From Eledone cirrhosa (taxonomy: Eukaryota), in assembly GCA_964016885.1 (NCBI GenBank), contig OZ024742.1:154690001-154754000 (forward strand): a DNA stretch of 64,000 bases, given 5' to 3'. Each line of letters begins with the position of its first letter. The stretch's first letter is position 1. Under the pieces are notes generated by a model, which saw only the letters and a list, made by a program, of their open reading frames with translations, was not told the DNA's origin and searched no databases. Shown piece after piece: positions 25,195 through 38,240 of this stretch. Position numbers and translations under genes: made by a program.

Positions 25195-28100
25195 ACGATA
25201 TATAAACCGTTTTATAAATAAATTTGACATACCTTAAACAGTGCAACTTCCATTTAAAAAGTTGATTTGGTAGTGAAAATGTTAAGGACAGTTAGAATGA
25301 AAGACGAAGAGAAAAAAAGAAAAAAAGAAGAGAAGAAGAAAGAAAGTCTATAGTGCTAAGGACAGTTAGAGAAGAAGATGAAGAGATGTATGTAAAGAAA
25401 AATAACAGAGCGAGATAGAGAGAGAAATATATTGAGGAAGTGAAAAATGATAGGCAGCTTGGGGACAGATGATCAGCGTACAAATGAGAGATTAAGTAGG
25501 GAAGGGGGTACTGTAATTATTTATTTATTTATTTATTTAGTTATAGTGTTAAGGATACGGAGAGAAATAAAAATAAAAATAAAATTAAAAATAAAGATAA
25601 ATAAAGAGAGGTAGAGAGAGATATAGGTGGTGGGAGAAAAGAGGTAGATCGAGTAATATCTATCATACGAGGTGGGCGAGATACAGTTAAAACAGCCGAT
25701 ACATAAATCCCGTCTAGTGTAGAGAAAAAAAAAGAAAGAAAGATATATTTAAAATATTATGTTTCATCCATTTGAATTATCAATTCATAGGAATTAGGTA
25801 TTATAATGTAAATATCAATATTCATGAATGAGACAAATATCAATAATGTGTGAAAAAATGAAAAAAATAATGACCCCATGTTTAGTTTAAAAATTCTTAG
25901 GTTTATAAGCAAAATCTGAGATAAAACTTCAAAAATACTGAAATACATGAGTATATATGTATTTTCATGAAAAAAGAAAAAGAGAAAAGAGAAGGTTATC
26001 TCAAATTCAAGTTGACAATTATAGACGCACAGTGAATTTACGTGATCGGCTCTGTAAATTCATATTTTTCATGAAAAGCTTCATTGCGTTACAAAAGATT
26101 CCATCATACATATATGTACATACATCTATATATAGACATAAAATATACATTAATATTAATAATAATATTCTTGCCCTCACTTACATGATTATCGTTCAAG
26201 CATAGAATAGACAACAGATATCAATATATTAAAAACGCCAAGAATATCTTCGTCACTCCCCAGAGTAACTAGGGACGTAAAAAAACATAGTATGCCACGC
26301 ATATCAACCACAGAAAACCACCCTTCCAAGTTATTTGACAATATATTGTCAAGTTCATTAGAAGCAATCAGAATCAAAGGCAAACAAAACCAAAATTATT
26401 CAACAAACCTTATTTAGCAGAAATCATTCAAAAAAAATTTATTCTACAAATGCTCTTATATTTATTATAGAAATTTATCTAGCTTAAAAATGTATTCAAT
26501 AGATTGGGAACATTACCATTTTAGGGTAGTTTAATTAATCTCATTAATTATATACTCATGCAGAAGATTTTAAAAAATTGAAGGAATCGAAAGATTTATC
26601 GGCAAGTTTCATAAATAGTTAAATATCTTAAGTAAATATACTACATTTTAAATTTATATTTATATTTAAAAGTTGAGTTCAATATATGTCTGCAGCAGCT
26701 GAATAAATTGGTCCGTAAATTAAGGGAATTTTTAGATTTTAGTATTAAGAATATCTCCTCCGTGCATAGGTCACATGTCTCAGAAGAGGAATTAAAAGGA
26801 ATCCCTTTTGAGACTATATTCTAAACCATCGAATATCCAACGTTATCATGTTTAAGTTGTCAGAGTAAGCCTGATAATAATCACCCCAGATCTGTCAAAA
26901 ATACTATAGTGAACTCTGTTCAAAAACGTATCTCTAGAATCTCATCTAATAAAACTATTTTCGACGAAAAAGCCCAGTATTACAATGAAGCGTTAGCTAG
27001 AGCAGGATATAGTGATAAAATTATGTACATCGATAATAGACAAACTAACCAAAATAACAACAATTTTAATTACGGTAACAACTTTAACAACTATAATAGA
27101 AAGCATTACAATAATTCCAAAAACCAGAAAAGAAATAGAACTAGAAATATAATATGGTTTCCCCCCCCCTTTCTCACTAAACATTAAAACCCACATGGCT
27201 AAATTATTTGTTAATGCTCTTGACAAACGCTTCCCTAGAACACATAAGTATCACTCAATTTTCAATAGACATACTATAAAATTAACATACTCGTCCACCA
27301 AAAATTTAGCACAAAATGTTAATAGAATATTGTTATACTTTGGGAGAGTCATGTTGAATAAATAATAGGAATCTAAAACCTAGCCAAAATACCGAAAATA
27401 GCCTAAACAATATTCAAGTAAACAACTGTATCTGTAGAGATAGATCTAAATGTCCGCTAAATAACAATTGCTTAGTTAAAAATATAATATACAACTGTAA
27501 TGTTATAACTGACTTAAATTATTTTAATTATGTTGGTTCCACCTCGACAGAATTTAAACTTCGCTATAATAATCACAAGAATTTCTTTCACGGATCCAAA
27601 TAAAAAATCTTCAACATCACTATCAGGCTTACTCTGGCAACTTAAACATGATAACGTTGGTTATTTGATGGTTTGGAATATAGTCTCAAAAGGGATTCCT
27701 TTTAATTCCTCTTCTGAGACATGTGATCTCTGCGCGGAGGAGATATTCTTTATACTAAAATCTAAAAATTCCCTTAATTTACGGACCAATTTATTCAGCT
27801 GCTGCAGACATCGATTGAATTCAACTTTTAAATATAAATATAAATTTAAAATGTAGTATATTTACTTAAGATATTTAACTATTTATGAAACTTGCCGATA
27901 AATCTTTCGATTCCTCAATTTTTTAAAACCTTCTGCATGAGATTAATTAAACTACCTAAAATGGTGATGTTCCCAATCTATTGAATGCATTTTTAAGCTA
28001 GATAAACTTCTATAATAAATATAAGAGCATTTGTAGAATAAATTTTTTTTGAATGATTTCTGCTAAATAAGGTTTGTTGAATAATTTTGGTTTTGTTTGC

Positions 28101-29295
28101 TTTTGATTCTGATTGCTTCTAATGAACTTGACAATATATTGTCAAATAAATTGGAAGGGTGGTTTTCTGTGGTTGATATGCGTGGCATACTATGTTTTTT
28201 TACGTCCCTAGTTACTCTGGGGAGTGACGATGATATTATTGGCGTTTTTAATATATTGATATATGTTGTCTATTCTATGCTTGAACGATAATCATGTAAG
28301 TGAGGGCAAGAATAGTATTATTAATATTAATGTATATTTTATGTCTATATATATATATGTATGTACATATATGTATGGTGGAATCTTTTGTAACGCAATG
28401 AAGCTTTTCATGAAAAATATGAATTTACAGAGCCGATCACGTAAATTCACATGTGTGTCTATAATTGTCAACTTGAATTTGAGATAACCTTCTCTTTTCT
28501 CTTTTTCTTTTTTCATGAAAATACATATATACTTATGTATTTCAGTATTTTTGAAGTACTATCTCAGATTTTGCTTATAAACCTAAGAATTGTTAAACTA
28601 AACATGGGGTCATTATTTTTTTCATTTTTTCACACATTATTGATATGTGTCTCATTCATGAATATTGATATTTACATTATAATACCTAATTCATATGAAT
28701 TGATAATTCAAATGGATGAAATATAATATTTTAAATATATCATCTTTCTTTCTTTTTTTCTTTCTCCTCTACACTTGACGGGATTTATGTATCGGCTGTT
28801 TTAACTGTATCTCTCCCACCTCGTACGATAGATATTACTCGATCTACCTCTTTTCTCCCACCACCTATATCTCTCTCTACCTCTCTTTATTTATCTTTAT
28901 TTTTAATTTTATTTTTATTTTTATTTCTCTCCGTATCCTTAACACTATAACTAAATAAATAAATAAATAAATAATTACAGTACCCCCTTCCCTACTTAAT
29001 CTCTCATTTGTACGCTGATCATCTGTCCCCAAGCTGCCTATCATTTTTCACTTCCTCAATATATTTCTCTCTCTATCTCGCTCTGTTGTTTTTCTTTACA
29101 TACATCTCTTCATCTTCTTCTCTAACTGTCCTTAGCACTATAGACTTTCTTTCTTCTTCTCTTCTTTTTTCTTTTTTTCTCTTCGTCTTTCTTTCTAACT
29201 GTCCTTAACATTTTCACTACCAAATCAACTTTTTAAATGGAAGTTGCACTGTTTAAGGTATGTCAAATTTATTTATAAAACGGTTTATATATTGT

Positions 29296-29359
29296 ATTTT
29301 GTCTGAGGAAGGCATACCATATTTTTAATATGATATCCCTGAAATATATATAATGAAAT
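29296..29359 (+). ncRNA. Type-I hammerhead ribozyme (family B)
   Basis: ATTTTGT-CTGAGGA-AGG..CATATT..AATATG..CCT-GAAA-TATATA-TA-ATGAAAT. Confidence 0.85.
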
Positions 29360-29681
29360 AAATATGGTTTTATAAATATAGTCTCCATTTGTTTAATATC
29401 GTAAACCTACTCCAAAATCTGTTGAGTGCTTTTATATCAGTTATAAAATATTTACTCGCTGTACCCCAACAATTTTAAATAAAACTTTTGCATATATATA
29501 TATATATTGTGTGTCTGTATGTGTGTGTCTCTGTATATATGCTTGTATGTATGTGTATGTGTATGTATATATATATATATATATATATATTCATAGTTGA
29601 ATAAAAGAACAGAGAACAAAAGACAGAGAGGCAGTACAAATGTTATGGTTTTTAGTTTCACGCTTGATATGTGTACATATC

Positions 29682-29751
<70 letters not shown>

Positions 29752-29981
29752 GAAACACACAGATACATGCGGACACACACATATATACATGAATGCATCC
29801 GCACGCAACTGTGAGTTAAGGGTGCCAACTTCACCGATGTTGCTCAATGAATGACTGGGACAGCCCAATTCAGTTGAACTAGACTGAACCAGTATCAGAG
29901 TTAAAAATACATTATGAAGAGAGAAGAAACATTTAGATATAATTAGTAATAAAATGTATCATACCTAAACTGCTCCTAAAT

Positions 29982-30071
29982 TCCTCGACTACGTAGTTTC
30001 GTGGCATAAACAAAAACAATATATCATAAAGATATAGAGTCCTTGCGAGGTCTGCCGACTTATCAAGAGGA
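29982..30071 (-). ncRNA. Type-I hammerhead ribozyme, U3-A8 core variant
   Basis: Minus strand: TCCTC-TTGATAA-GT.GGCA...TGCC-AC-GAAA-CTACGTAG-TC-GAGGA. Perfect 5-bp stem I, palindromic stem III, GUC site. Confidence 0.85.
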
Positions 30072-30576
30072 TACCTCATTTTACTAGTCTCAAGAACGCG
30101 TCTACACGACGTGAGAAAGAATCCCAAAAGGCGGAGGGGGAGATAGTCACGCGATATAACGGTCGAGAAACAGAGCTAAGCCTCTTATAACCCCGAAGAA
30201 AATACGACGGAGGCGGAGGGGGTATTTATATCGAGGCTGTAGAAGAGGTGGTGAAGAAGGCGAGAAGTATGAGTAATGGAAGCTTTCCAGCTGTCCCCAC
30301 ACCTCAAAGATTGCTCGACCAGAGGGAGTTATTAACAATATATTTAGAAACACACAGATACATGCGGACACACACATATATACATGAATGCATCCGCACC
30401 CAACTGTGACTTAAGTGTGCCAACTTCACCGATGTTGCTCAATGAATGACTGGGACAGCCCAATTCAGTTGAACTAGACTGAACCAGTATCAGAGTTAAA
30501 AATACATTATGAAGAGAGAAGAAACATTTAGATATAATTAGTAATAAAATGTATCATACCTAAACTGCTCCTAAAT

Positions 30577-30666
30577 TCCGCGACTACGTAGTTTCGTGGC
30601 ATAAACAAAAACAATATATCATAAAGATATAGAGTCCTTGCGAGGTCTGCCGACTTATCAAGAGGA
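30577..30666 (-). ncRNA. Type-I hammerhead ribozyme, U3-A8 variant (second unit; one stem I mismatch)
   Basis: Same as 29982-30071 except that the stem I 3' strand is GCGGA. Confidence 0.8.
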
Positions 30667-30896
30667 TACCTCATTTTACTAGTCTCAAGAACGCGTCTAC
30701 ACGACGTGAGAAAGAATCCCAAAAGGCGGAGGGGGAGATAGTCACGCGATATAACGGTCGAGAAACAGAGCTAAGCCTCTTATAACCCCGAAGAAAATAC
30801 CACGGAGGCGGAGGGGGTATTTATATCGAGGCCGTAGAAGAGGTGGTGAAGAAGACGAGAAGTATGTGTGTGTGTGTGTGTGTTTGAATGTGCTTG

Positions 30897-31190
30897 TAGA
30901 CACCTGAGATATAGATTAAGAGAAACTTAACAATAAGGAGAGGCACCCCAAATTTGAAATTGTTTATAGAATTCTTTTTGCCTTTGTCATTCTAAATGCA
31001 CCTTTGAAAAATTAGCTTTTAAAAAATTATCTTTCCTTTAAACCAATCAAACAATGACATCCACCCATCCCAATGCCCACCCTCTCTTACCACCAGAAAA
31101 TATATAAATACCACCATATTTACTTGGACAGTCAGCTTCCTGATGATTTGTCACGAATGAAACAGTTCTAGTCCTGTAGAAGCTTTTCTA
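30897..31190 (+). mobile_element. PLE pLTR fragment, family A (diverged)
   Basis: Colinear with 4160-4475; ends in a TA tract just after the HHR. Confidence 0.8.
31134..31184 (+). ncRNA. Type-I hammerhead ribozyme (family A)
   Basis: AGCTTC-CTGATGA-TTTGTCACGAAT-GAAACAG..CTG-TA-GAAGCT; stem I is compensatory relative to the 4421-4471 copy. Confidence 0.9.
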
Positions 31191-31745
31191 TATATGCATA
31201 TATATATATACATATATTAATATAAATTAGCGAGAATCGCATTTCGGCTATTGAAAATTAGCGAAAAACAACTTCCGAGATGTGTGGCAAGAGCTCCATA
31301 GAAACGAGTGAACTAGTGCAACAACATACGTTAAAAGGCCAAACACACTGAGCCGATGGTTAAACCATTAATCGCAAAGCCATAGAAGCGACCAAGCTAT
31401 TCGAGTCAAACAAATAATAAAATATGATTGAAAATTATAACCGGACCCGTGGAAGCGGTGGTAATATCCAATATGGGGTTTCTGCAACTCCTAAATCAGG
31501 TACTGTCTGCTTAAACAAATAATGTTATGCTTTTGGTATAATGATCGAAAAAGGAAGTCACTTTTTCAACAGGCATTTAGTTCTATGCAAAGCTAAGGAA
31601 CTGGCCGTTATCTGAACCCACGTGGACGGTTAGAAGGGAGACAACCCTTAGTCTTGGCGGATGAATTCAGTATGTGTGGTTATTGCAAAATTGCAAAATA
31701 TCACAAAATGAATTAAGCTCACGACAGAATATATATATATAGATA

Positions 31746-31928
<183 letters not shown>

Positions 31929-33080
31929 GTATGTATACTATATTTGGCAATATTCTGTTTGTTTGATTAAACATATTTTGTAGACCATTCGCTATGAGTT
32001 ATAAAGTAATGACCATGTCACTTACTTATTTTCGGTGAAAGCAAAGAAGAATGATCTCTTTCTCGCTTGTTAGCATTTATCGAGACCACTCACTCACCTG
32101 CTACTACAGAGATATATAGAAGCTGGATTCTTATAGAATTCCAGTAATATTTTAGAGCGGTATGCAACACGTAATACGGTTTTCTAGTAGCCTGAACGTT
32201 ATAGAAATTTCCGTTCTTAAATTCTTAGATTTACAACAAGAATTGTCATTATTGTACACAAATTAGTGTTGAAAACATATCCAGAGGATTGTACATATTC
32301 CATTTCATAATGTATAGGTGGATTGTATCATTAGTAGCAGACAAATTGTGTTTAGATTACTTAAATTAACAGTTGCCGGGAGGAATATTTCTATTCGCTT
32401 GGCAGAAGGGTATGTCAATTCTGATGTATTTGATTGATGAAAAGCGTTTAGAAATATAGGTTTATCATACATGAATAAACTAGATATCATACCACATGTT
32501 TTACAAACGGGCCTTTTCGATGATCGTGTCAATTTACTAGAGACACATTTTATATGACAAAACTATTTCCTATATATATTACAATGAAAGGCCACGTCAA
32601 TAATATCGTGTATTACATCCCATGTAAATATAGTAACTGATTACTATGAAGCACATGTTTCGTTTTATTCTTGTATTGAATCTAATAGCGGATTTTGAAC
32701 GAGAATATAGTTGATTATGTTAATTATGTTGATACGTAATTTGTCGAAACATAAATGATGACAGGAAACGTCGAATTTCACCTCATAATCTAAATAGAAT
32801 TTGACGGAGTAGCCGAAGATATATTTTTCTCGGCGATCTCGTGATTTCATCATATAGCCTCTATTCACATTGTAACAATGTAAATACTGTAAACAAAGCA
32901 GCTTTAGAAATATAGAAAATACATTCTTTTTGAGAAACGCTATACTTGACTGGTAATTGCATAATATGTCAGCTACAATATTATACTATCTAGTGTAAAT
33001 CGTACGTGTATGTGGTGTATAATGTGAATCACTGGTTGGTGGTCCTTTCTATCTACGTATATGCGTTTCTCTGCGAGTAT

Positions 33081-33125
<45 letters not shown>

Positions 33126-33496
33126 AACTTGTGCATACATCATTTTTGTAGCTACTGAAAATTAATTTGAAATTAACAAATATATAAACTAAACATCGAA
33201 TGATAAAATACGAAAGTGAATCTAATAGCCATAGAATAATTTATATTCAGTATTTAAATATATATTCAAGCTTAGTAGTAACACATGGATAATTAATTAT
33301 TACTTAGACCTTTCAATAATGGGATATAATAATTTACAGTAATATATATGAAATTTATATGTCAAAATTCATTACTTTTCTAAAATATAAAGGAATACTT
33401 TGAAGCACGAATTGTGCTATCCTATTTCTTCTATTAATTTTAAATATCAACAACTATTTACTATTTCTTGTGAAACATCTGCTTAAATAGAAACTA

Positions 33497-33575
33497 TTGT
33501 CTGATGAGGCCAAATCAGTCTAGGTTACGATTACTTAACATCATCAGACTGGCATTGCGGAAATACGCTTAACAA
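33497..33575 (+). ncRNA. Degenerate hammerhead-like motif
   Basis: TTGT-CTGATGA...CAGTCT/AGACTG...GAAA-TACGCT-TA-ACAA; stem III is poor. Confidence 0.45.
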
Positions 33576-33704
33576 AATAAACTTAATTCTGTATAACACA
33601 AAACTATATGACCCTTTATTTTATATACACATACATGCAAGCACACACACACACACGCACACATACATACACATGCTATTGAAATGGCCAGGAAAATGTT
33701 GTCA

Positions 33705-33758
<54 letters not shown>

Positions 33759-33769
33759 ATACACACATC

Positions 33770-35053
33770 TGAGCTCTTGGGAAGGTAGATTTCTATCCAA
33801 GTTGCTAAAGTCCCTGTTGACAACATTTCCTGGCCGTGTCAATAGCTCGGATGCCGTCAACCAACATATCAACGAACTGGAACCCGACACCCACAAATTA
33901 CAAAGGTATGCATTCCGCCTATATGTAGTATCCCTATATACATCGATACCTGCGCTCGAGCGTGTGGACATACTCACTGAATATGTTTGTTCCGGCGACC
34001 TAGATTGTTTCGGCCTCTCCACAACAGTAATTCGACGGCTCCTATCCATCGATGTCAGTAACACGTTTTTCAGTTTCCTAGGACACACATACTAATAAAC
34101 TTCTGGCCATCTCACATAAACACCGAGTGCTAAGCTCCTGCGACATCTGCGCTTTATTCGCAAGCTGTGTGTACGATATAGTTATCCTCACATCCTCCAG
34201 GGAGAATGCAAACAGGATATTCGTGTCTTTCAACAACGCTGACAGAAATATCAGGTTCTACGTGGAAAATTCAACTGACTCCAGGTCCCTCGCCCTGATG
34301 GATTTCAGTCTGGACATCACTGAAAGTGTTTACATTCACATCAATATCTACTGCAAAGCAGCCAGCAGGGACTCTTTCGTCCACTACAAATCTGCTTTTC
34401 ACAACAACTCTAAAATTGGGTACATTTCTTGCAAAATTGTTCGCATGCAGAACCGATAAAGTGATGCTACGAATAGAGCCACGAATATCAGATGGTTCCA
34501 CCGGGTATTGGGGACCAACGGTTAAATAGCTTCTTCCTCCATCCCAGAGACAGAAACCGAAACAACACAGACAATTGTTACTTCCTCAATATTCCACACA
34601 TCAGCTCAGTATACCAATACAATAGGCCAAACTATCAGGAGAGAGGGCCTCAATATCTGACTGACTCACTCGAGCCCTTCCTTTCGGAGATGCCTATCCG
34701 TATGACTACCCGCCAGCGACGATAACAGATGCACCCTAGCCAATTGCCCTATCCGCAACACTAACTGTTGACTACTTGCCTACATGGTATGCAGGCTAGA
34801 ATGTGAGAAGTGTAGAAATTCTACAATAGCAGGACTATTCAACACTTACATTTTCGAATTAAAGAGCACATCAACACCAACTTCTCTTCATTTCACAAAC
34901 ACTTCATCAATCGGGGAAAACTGGACAGTGAAATTCACAACTATCTTGACTACCGAGCAAAGTATAGGTACGTTGAGAATCAAGGATGCCCTCTTGATTA
35001 AACCATGGAAGCACTCTATCAATAATAGAATGGTAAATTTCTATTCTTATTAA
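33770..35053 (+). pseudogene. Decayed PLE RT + GIY-YIG remnant
   Basis: LYVVSLYTSIP, NTFFSFLGHTY, SLALMDFSL, NIYCKAASRDSFVHYKSA, VCRLECEKC, LRIKDALLIKPWKHSINNR, with stops and frameshifts. Confidence 0.85.
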
Positions 35054-35409
35054 CTTGACACTTTTTCCTAACACGCATTGTTGAGATTCCAAATTACCAA
35101 ATAGTAAATGAGTGAGTGAGCGAATAGCATGCGTGCGTTTGGAATCGTTTAAGTTAATTAGAAAATTCAGTAGAGCTTGGAACAAATAGTTTTAGCTTCT
35201 GTGCTTGAACCTCATCGACGGCCTGTTACCTTTTCAAACTCTCGGGTCTTGTGAATTAACATAGAATATTGCAGAATGGACGATAGTTTAGCGGATTCCA
35301 TTCCCAAGCATTCTTAATTAAGAAATATATATTGTAATAAAATGCTGCTATTATGTAGCTCGATTGGAGCTCAAACTGGTAACATTACCTCAAACAAATA
35401 ATAACTTAA

Positions 35410-35473
<64 letters not shown>

Positions 35474-35478
<5 letters not shown>

Positions 35479-35666
35479 AACGAGTAGGACCCCGACGGCT
35501 GAGCTCAAGCCGTTTCGACGGCTAATTCAGGTCCAGAATTAGCCGTCGAAACGGCTTGAGCTCAGCCGTCGGGGTCCTACTCGTTCCTATTACCAACTCT
35601 ACTACCCTAAGTATTGAGTACTTTGGTGCGTTATGGTCCATCTGGTTCCTTACCACATTTCCTTCG

Positions 35667-35668
<2 letters not shown>
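35474..35668 (+). mobile_element. Family C element with perfect 55-bp fold-back
   Basis: 35474-35528 and 35536-35590 are perfect inverted arms; GAAAC-GGCT..AGCC-GTC; both ends in (TA)n. Confidence 0.88.
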
Positions 35669-35721
<53 letters not shown>

Positions 35722-35726
<5 letters not shown>

Positions 35727-35895
35727 ATAATAATAGATGTGAAGACTAAATTCGTAAGAGGGCTATATAAAAATATATAAAACCATACCGCAAATATTTG
35801 TTAAAATAACAGATTAAAGTTTAAGTAAATAATCGGTGCTTTCACCCTTAACAGGATCTTCTGAAAGAAGGTCCTGTTCAGGTTGAAAGCAGCGA
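35722..35895 (-). mobile_element. pLTR fragment with fold-back hairpin
   Basis: Hairpin TGCTTTCA..ACAGGATCTTC/GAAGGTCCTGT..TGAAAGCA at 35837-35891. The TA-abutting end (35722-35765) resembles 4700-4749 inverted. Confidence 0.6.
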
Positions 35896-35917
35896 TATAT
35901 ATATATATTTATATTCA

Positions 35918-36802
35918 CAAGTTGCGTCAAAAGTTGCTTATTACTAACTTTTTTTTTTCTGTTCTGTTTTATTTTTCAGATACATAATGCTAAACATTAA
36001 ATTGACTCAGAAAATGAAAAGATACGATGTAATTGTTGCTTTAAAAGTTTCCTTCTTGAAACAACGAGCTCAATCCTTCGTCGTCGAAATTAGAAGAGAT
36101 TTGGAAGCTGCCAATATTAGCAGCCAATCGCAAGTCTACTAATAATATCACATAACCAACGTTTGTAAATCAAGTTAAATCAATCACTCGATAAAATCCC
36201 AGGAATGTCAATCAGAACAATCAGACCACTGTCAGAAGAGTTATCCATGAAGACATTAAATACATGTGTATGATGCGGAGAGCTCAGTTTATATCGGATG
36301 TGACAAAAGAGAATTGTTTGGTCCGAGATAAGTACTTACTGAATAAAATAAAACATCCAGAAGTTGAAATGTTTTGGTTAATTTCTGATGAGAAAAACTT
36401 TACCAAATGGTAAACCATTGGAACGTTAGATAGCTATGCAGAGCTACAAATGATGTTCCAACGGCCATGCACACCAACATACCAGCAACTATGATGGCTT
36501 GGCTGTTGTCAGCAATGAGGGAGATGTCATGCCTCCGAATTCTTTTCTCAAGGCTTAAGAATCAACGCTGCTGTTTACAAAGAGGTTTTGGAGACAGTTA
36601 TGAAGCCCTAGCTAGAAGGGTACGCAACGGAATGCTGTTTCTCTTCCAATATAGCTCCACGCTCTCTCATAAGGCCAGAAAGATATACAATTGTTGTAAA
36701 TAATAATTTTACCAATTTGTATCTAAATAAAGCATTTTTTTCTGTGCTATGCGTCTTTATTATAAAATCATTTGATTGTTCTCAAAACCTGACGCTGCCT
36801 GT
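35918..36802 (+). mobile_element. Decayed Tc1/mariner-superfamily (DD37D maT-like) transposon
   Basis: Remnant peptides SDEKNF, DVPTAMHTNIPATMM, VVSNEGDVMPP. Ends ..CCTG|TA. Confidence 0.65.
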
Positions 36803-36865
36803 ATATATATATATATATATAAAATTACAAAATAAAAGGAATTAATAGAAAAAAATATACCTATT

Positions 36866-36928
36866 TTTCAGAATCGCCGATGCATGTGCAACGATTTCTG
36901 CACTATAGCTGTGCATCCTCGCTGTGAA
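36866..36928 (-). ncRNA. Decayed hammerhead (U4 deleted) in a PLE 3' remnant (~36821-37300)
   Basis: Minus strand: CAG-C(-)GAGGA-TGCAC-AGCTATA-GTGCA-GAAA-TCGTTG...CGGCGA-TT-CTG. Perfect stem II and 7-bp stem III. Confidence 0.65.
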
Positions 36929-37811
36929 GTTGATACGGCTTATCAAGAGACCCCTGAGAAAAGGGACTGTTTTCTTGACGAGTTTATAGCAAGTGAGAAA
37001 GTTTCATAGGTGGAGGGAGAGATTAACACGTGATACGGTAGTAAAAAGAAAAGGATTGTTTCTTTCGTAGCAAGTGAGTATTTCTCGAGAGTCAAGGAGA
37101 GAGATAAACACATGATAGAGTTGTCACAGGTGGAGAGTGAGCGAATCACGGATTTGCTAGAAAAAGCAGTTAATACACTCGTAATAATGAAACACACACC
37201 CATACGTGTATATTCATATGTGCGTGTGGTGTCCACCTTAAGAAGTTTTGCTCGATGAACGAAAGATCCAAAATAACTAAAATAATTAAATGATATCTAT
37301 AATCAGAGCCATCAATGAAATTACAATATATTAGAAAATAATAGACAAATATATATGTATATCTTTTGTACAGATGGACAAATTTAAGAGAATAATTTCC
37401 GAATTGTCCCTGAGCTGGATCAACTTATTATTCATAAGTAAGTTTGTGAGTATATGTATGTGTCCGTATGTGTGTGTTTTAGTATGTAGAAACGAAAATA
37501 TTTCTCGAGAAAATGCGGGTGTGTTCATTTCGCTTAATGTCTATCTAATTGCTGATATTTTCTCAATAAAATTACTCAAATATTCACAGGTTTTCCCCAT
37601 CTTTCATATTTATTAATATGCAACATTCCTAAGTCTTTATAATCAAGCGTTTCTTTTAAATATTTATTCTGAATGAAAATGTAAATGTTAGCTATTTTTG
37701 CTTCATACGCACTGTTATATATATTTTAAAGGTATAATTATATAAACGCACTGCCTCATATATTGGAATAGGTATCGCTATGATATATATACATACATAT
37801 ATACATATATT

Positions 37812-38138
<327 letters not shown>

Positions 38139-38207
38139 ACAAAAAGATGAAATCGAAAATGCAACTGGAGTCTTATTTTTTTTTAAATATATATATTTAT
38201 TTGGTTC

Positions 38208-38240
38208 CTTTACCGGTTTCGCAGTTCTGCTTTTCAAAAG
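38208..38240 (-). ncRNA. Minimal type-I hammerhead, U3-A8 variant (second family)
   Basis: Minus strand: CTT-TTGAAAA-GCAG-AA-CTGC-GAAA-CCGG-TA-AAG, about 75 nt from a (TA)n-abutting end. Confidence 0.65.

Larger units (their letters stand above)
25087..29491 (+). mobile_element. Family B PLE with a 1.8-kb 5' inverted duplication of its 3' part
   Basis: 25087-26876 is a near-identical inverted copy of 27621-29403. 26877-27856 encodes a frameshifted thumb + GIY-YIG (YYNEALARAGY, RNIIWFPPP, CPLNNNCLVKNIIY, NYVGST, CDLCAEE). Both ends lie in (TA)n. Confidence 0.93.
29745..30866 (-). repeat. Head-to-tail 595-bp tandem repeat (about 1.9 units), non-coding, retrozyme/pLTR-like
   Basis: AGAAACACACAGATAC at 29751 and 30346 (offset 595), with only a few substitutions between units. 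One HHR per unit on the minus strand; flanked by (TA)n and (TG)n. Confidence 0.92.

Noticed and set aside
36940-36950. Another TTGATAA (minus strand) as a U3-A8 core
   Set aside because: No matching stem I. The nearby GAAA is better explained by the decayed C(-)GAGGA hammerhead at 36866-36928.
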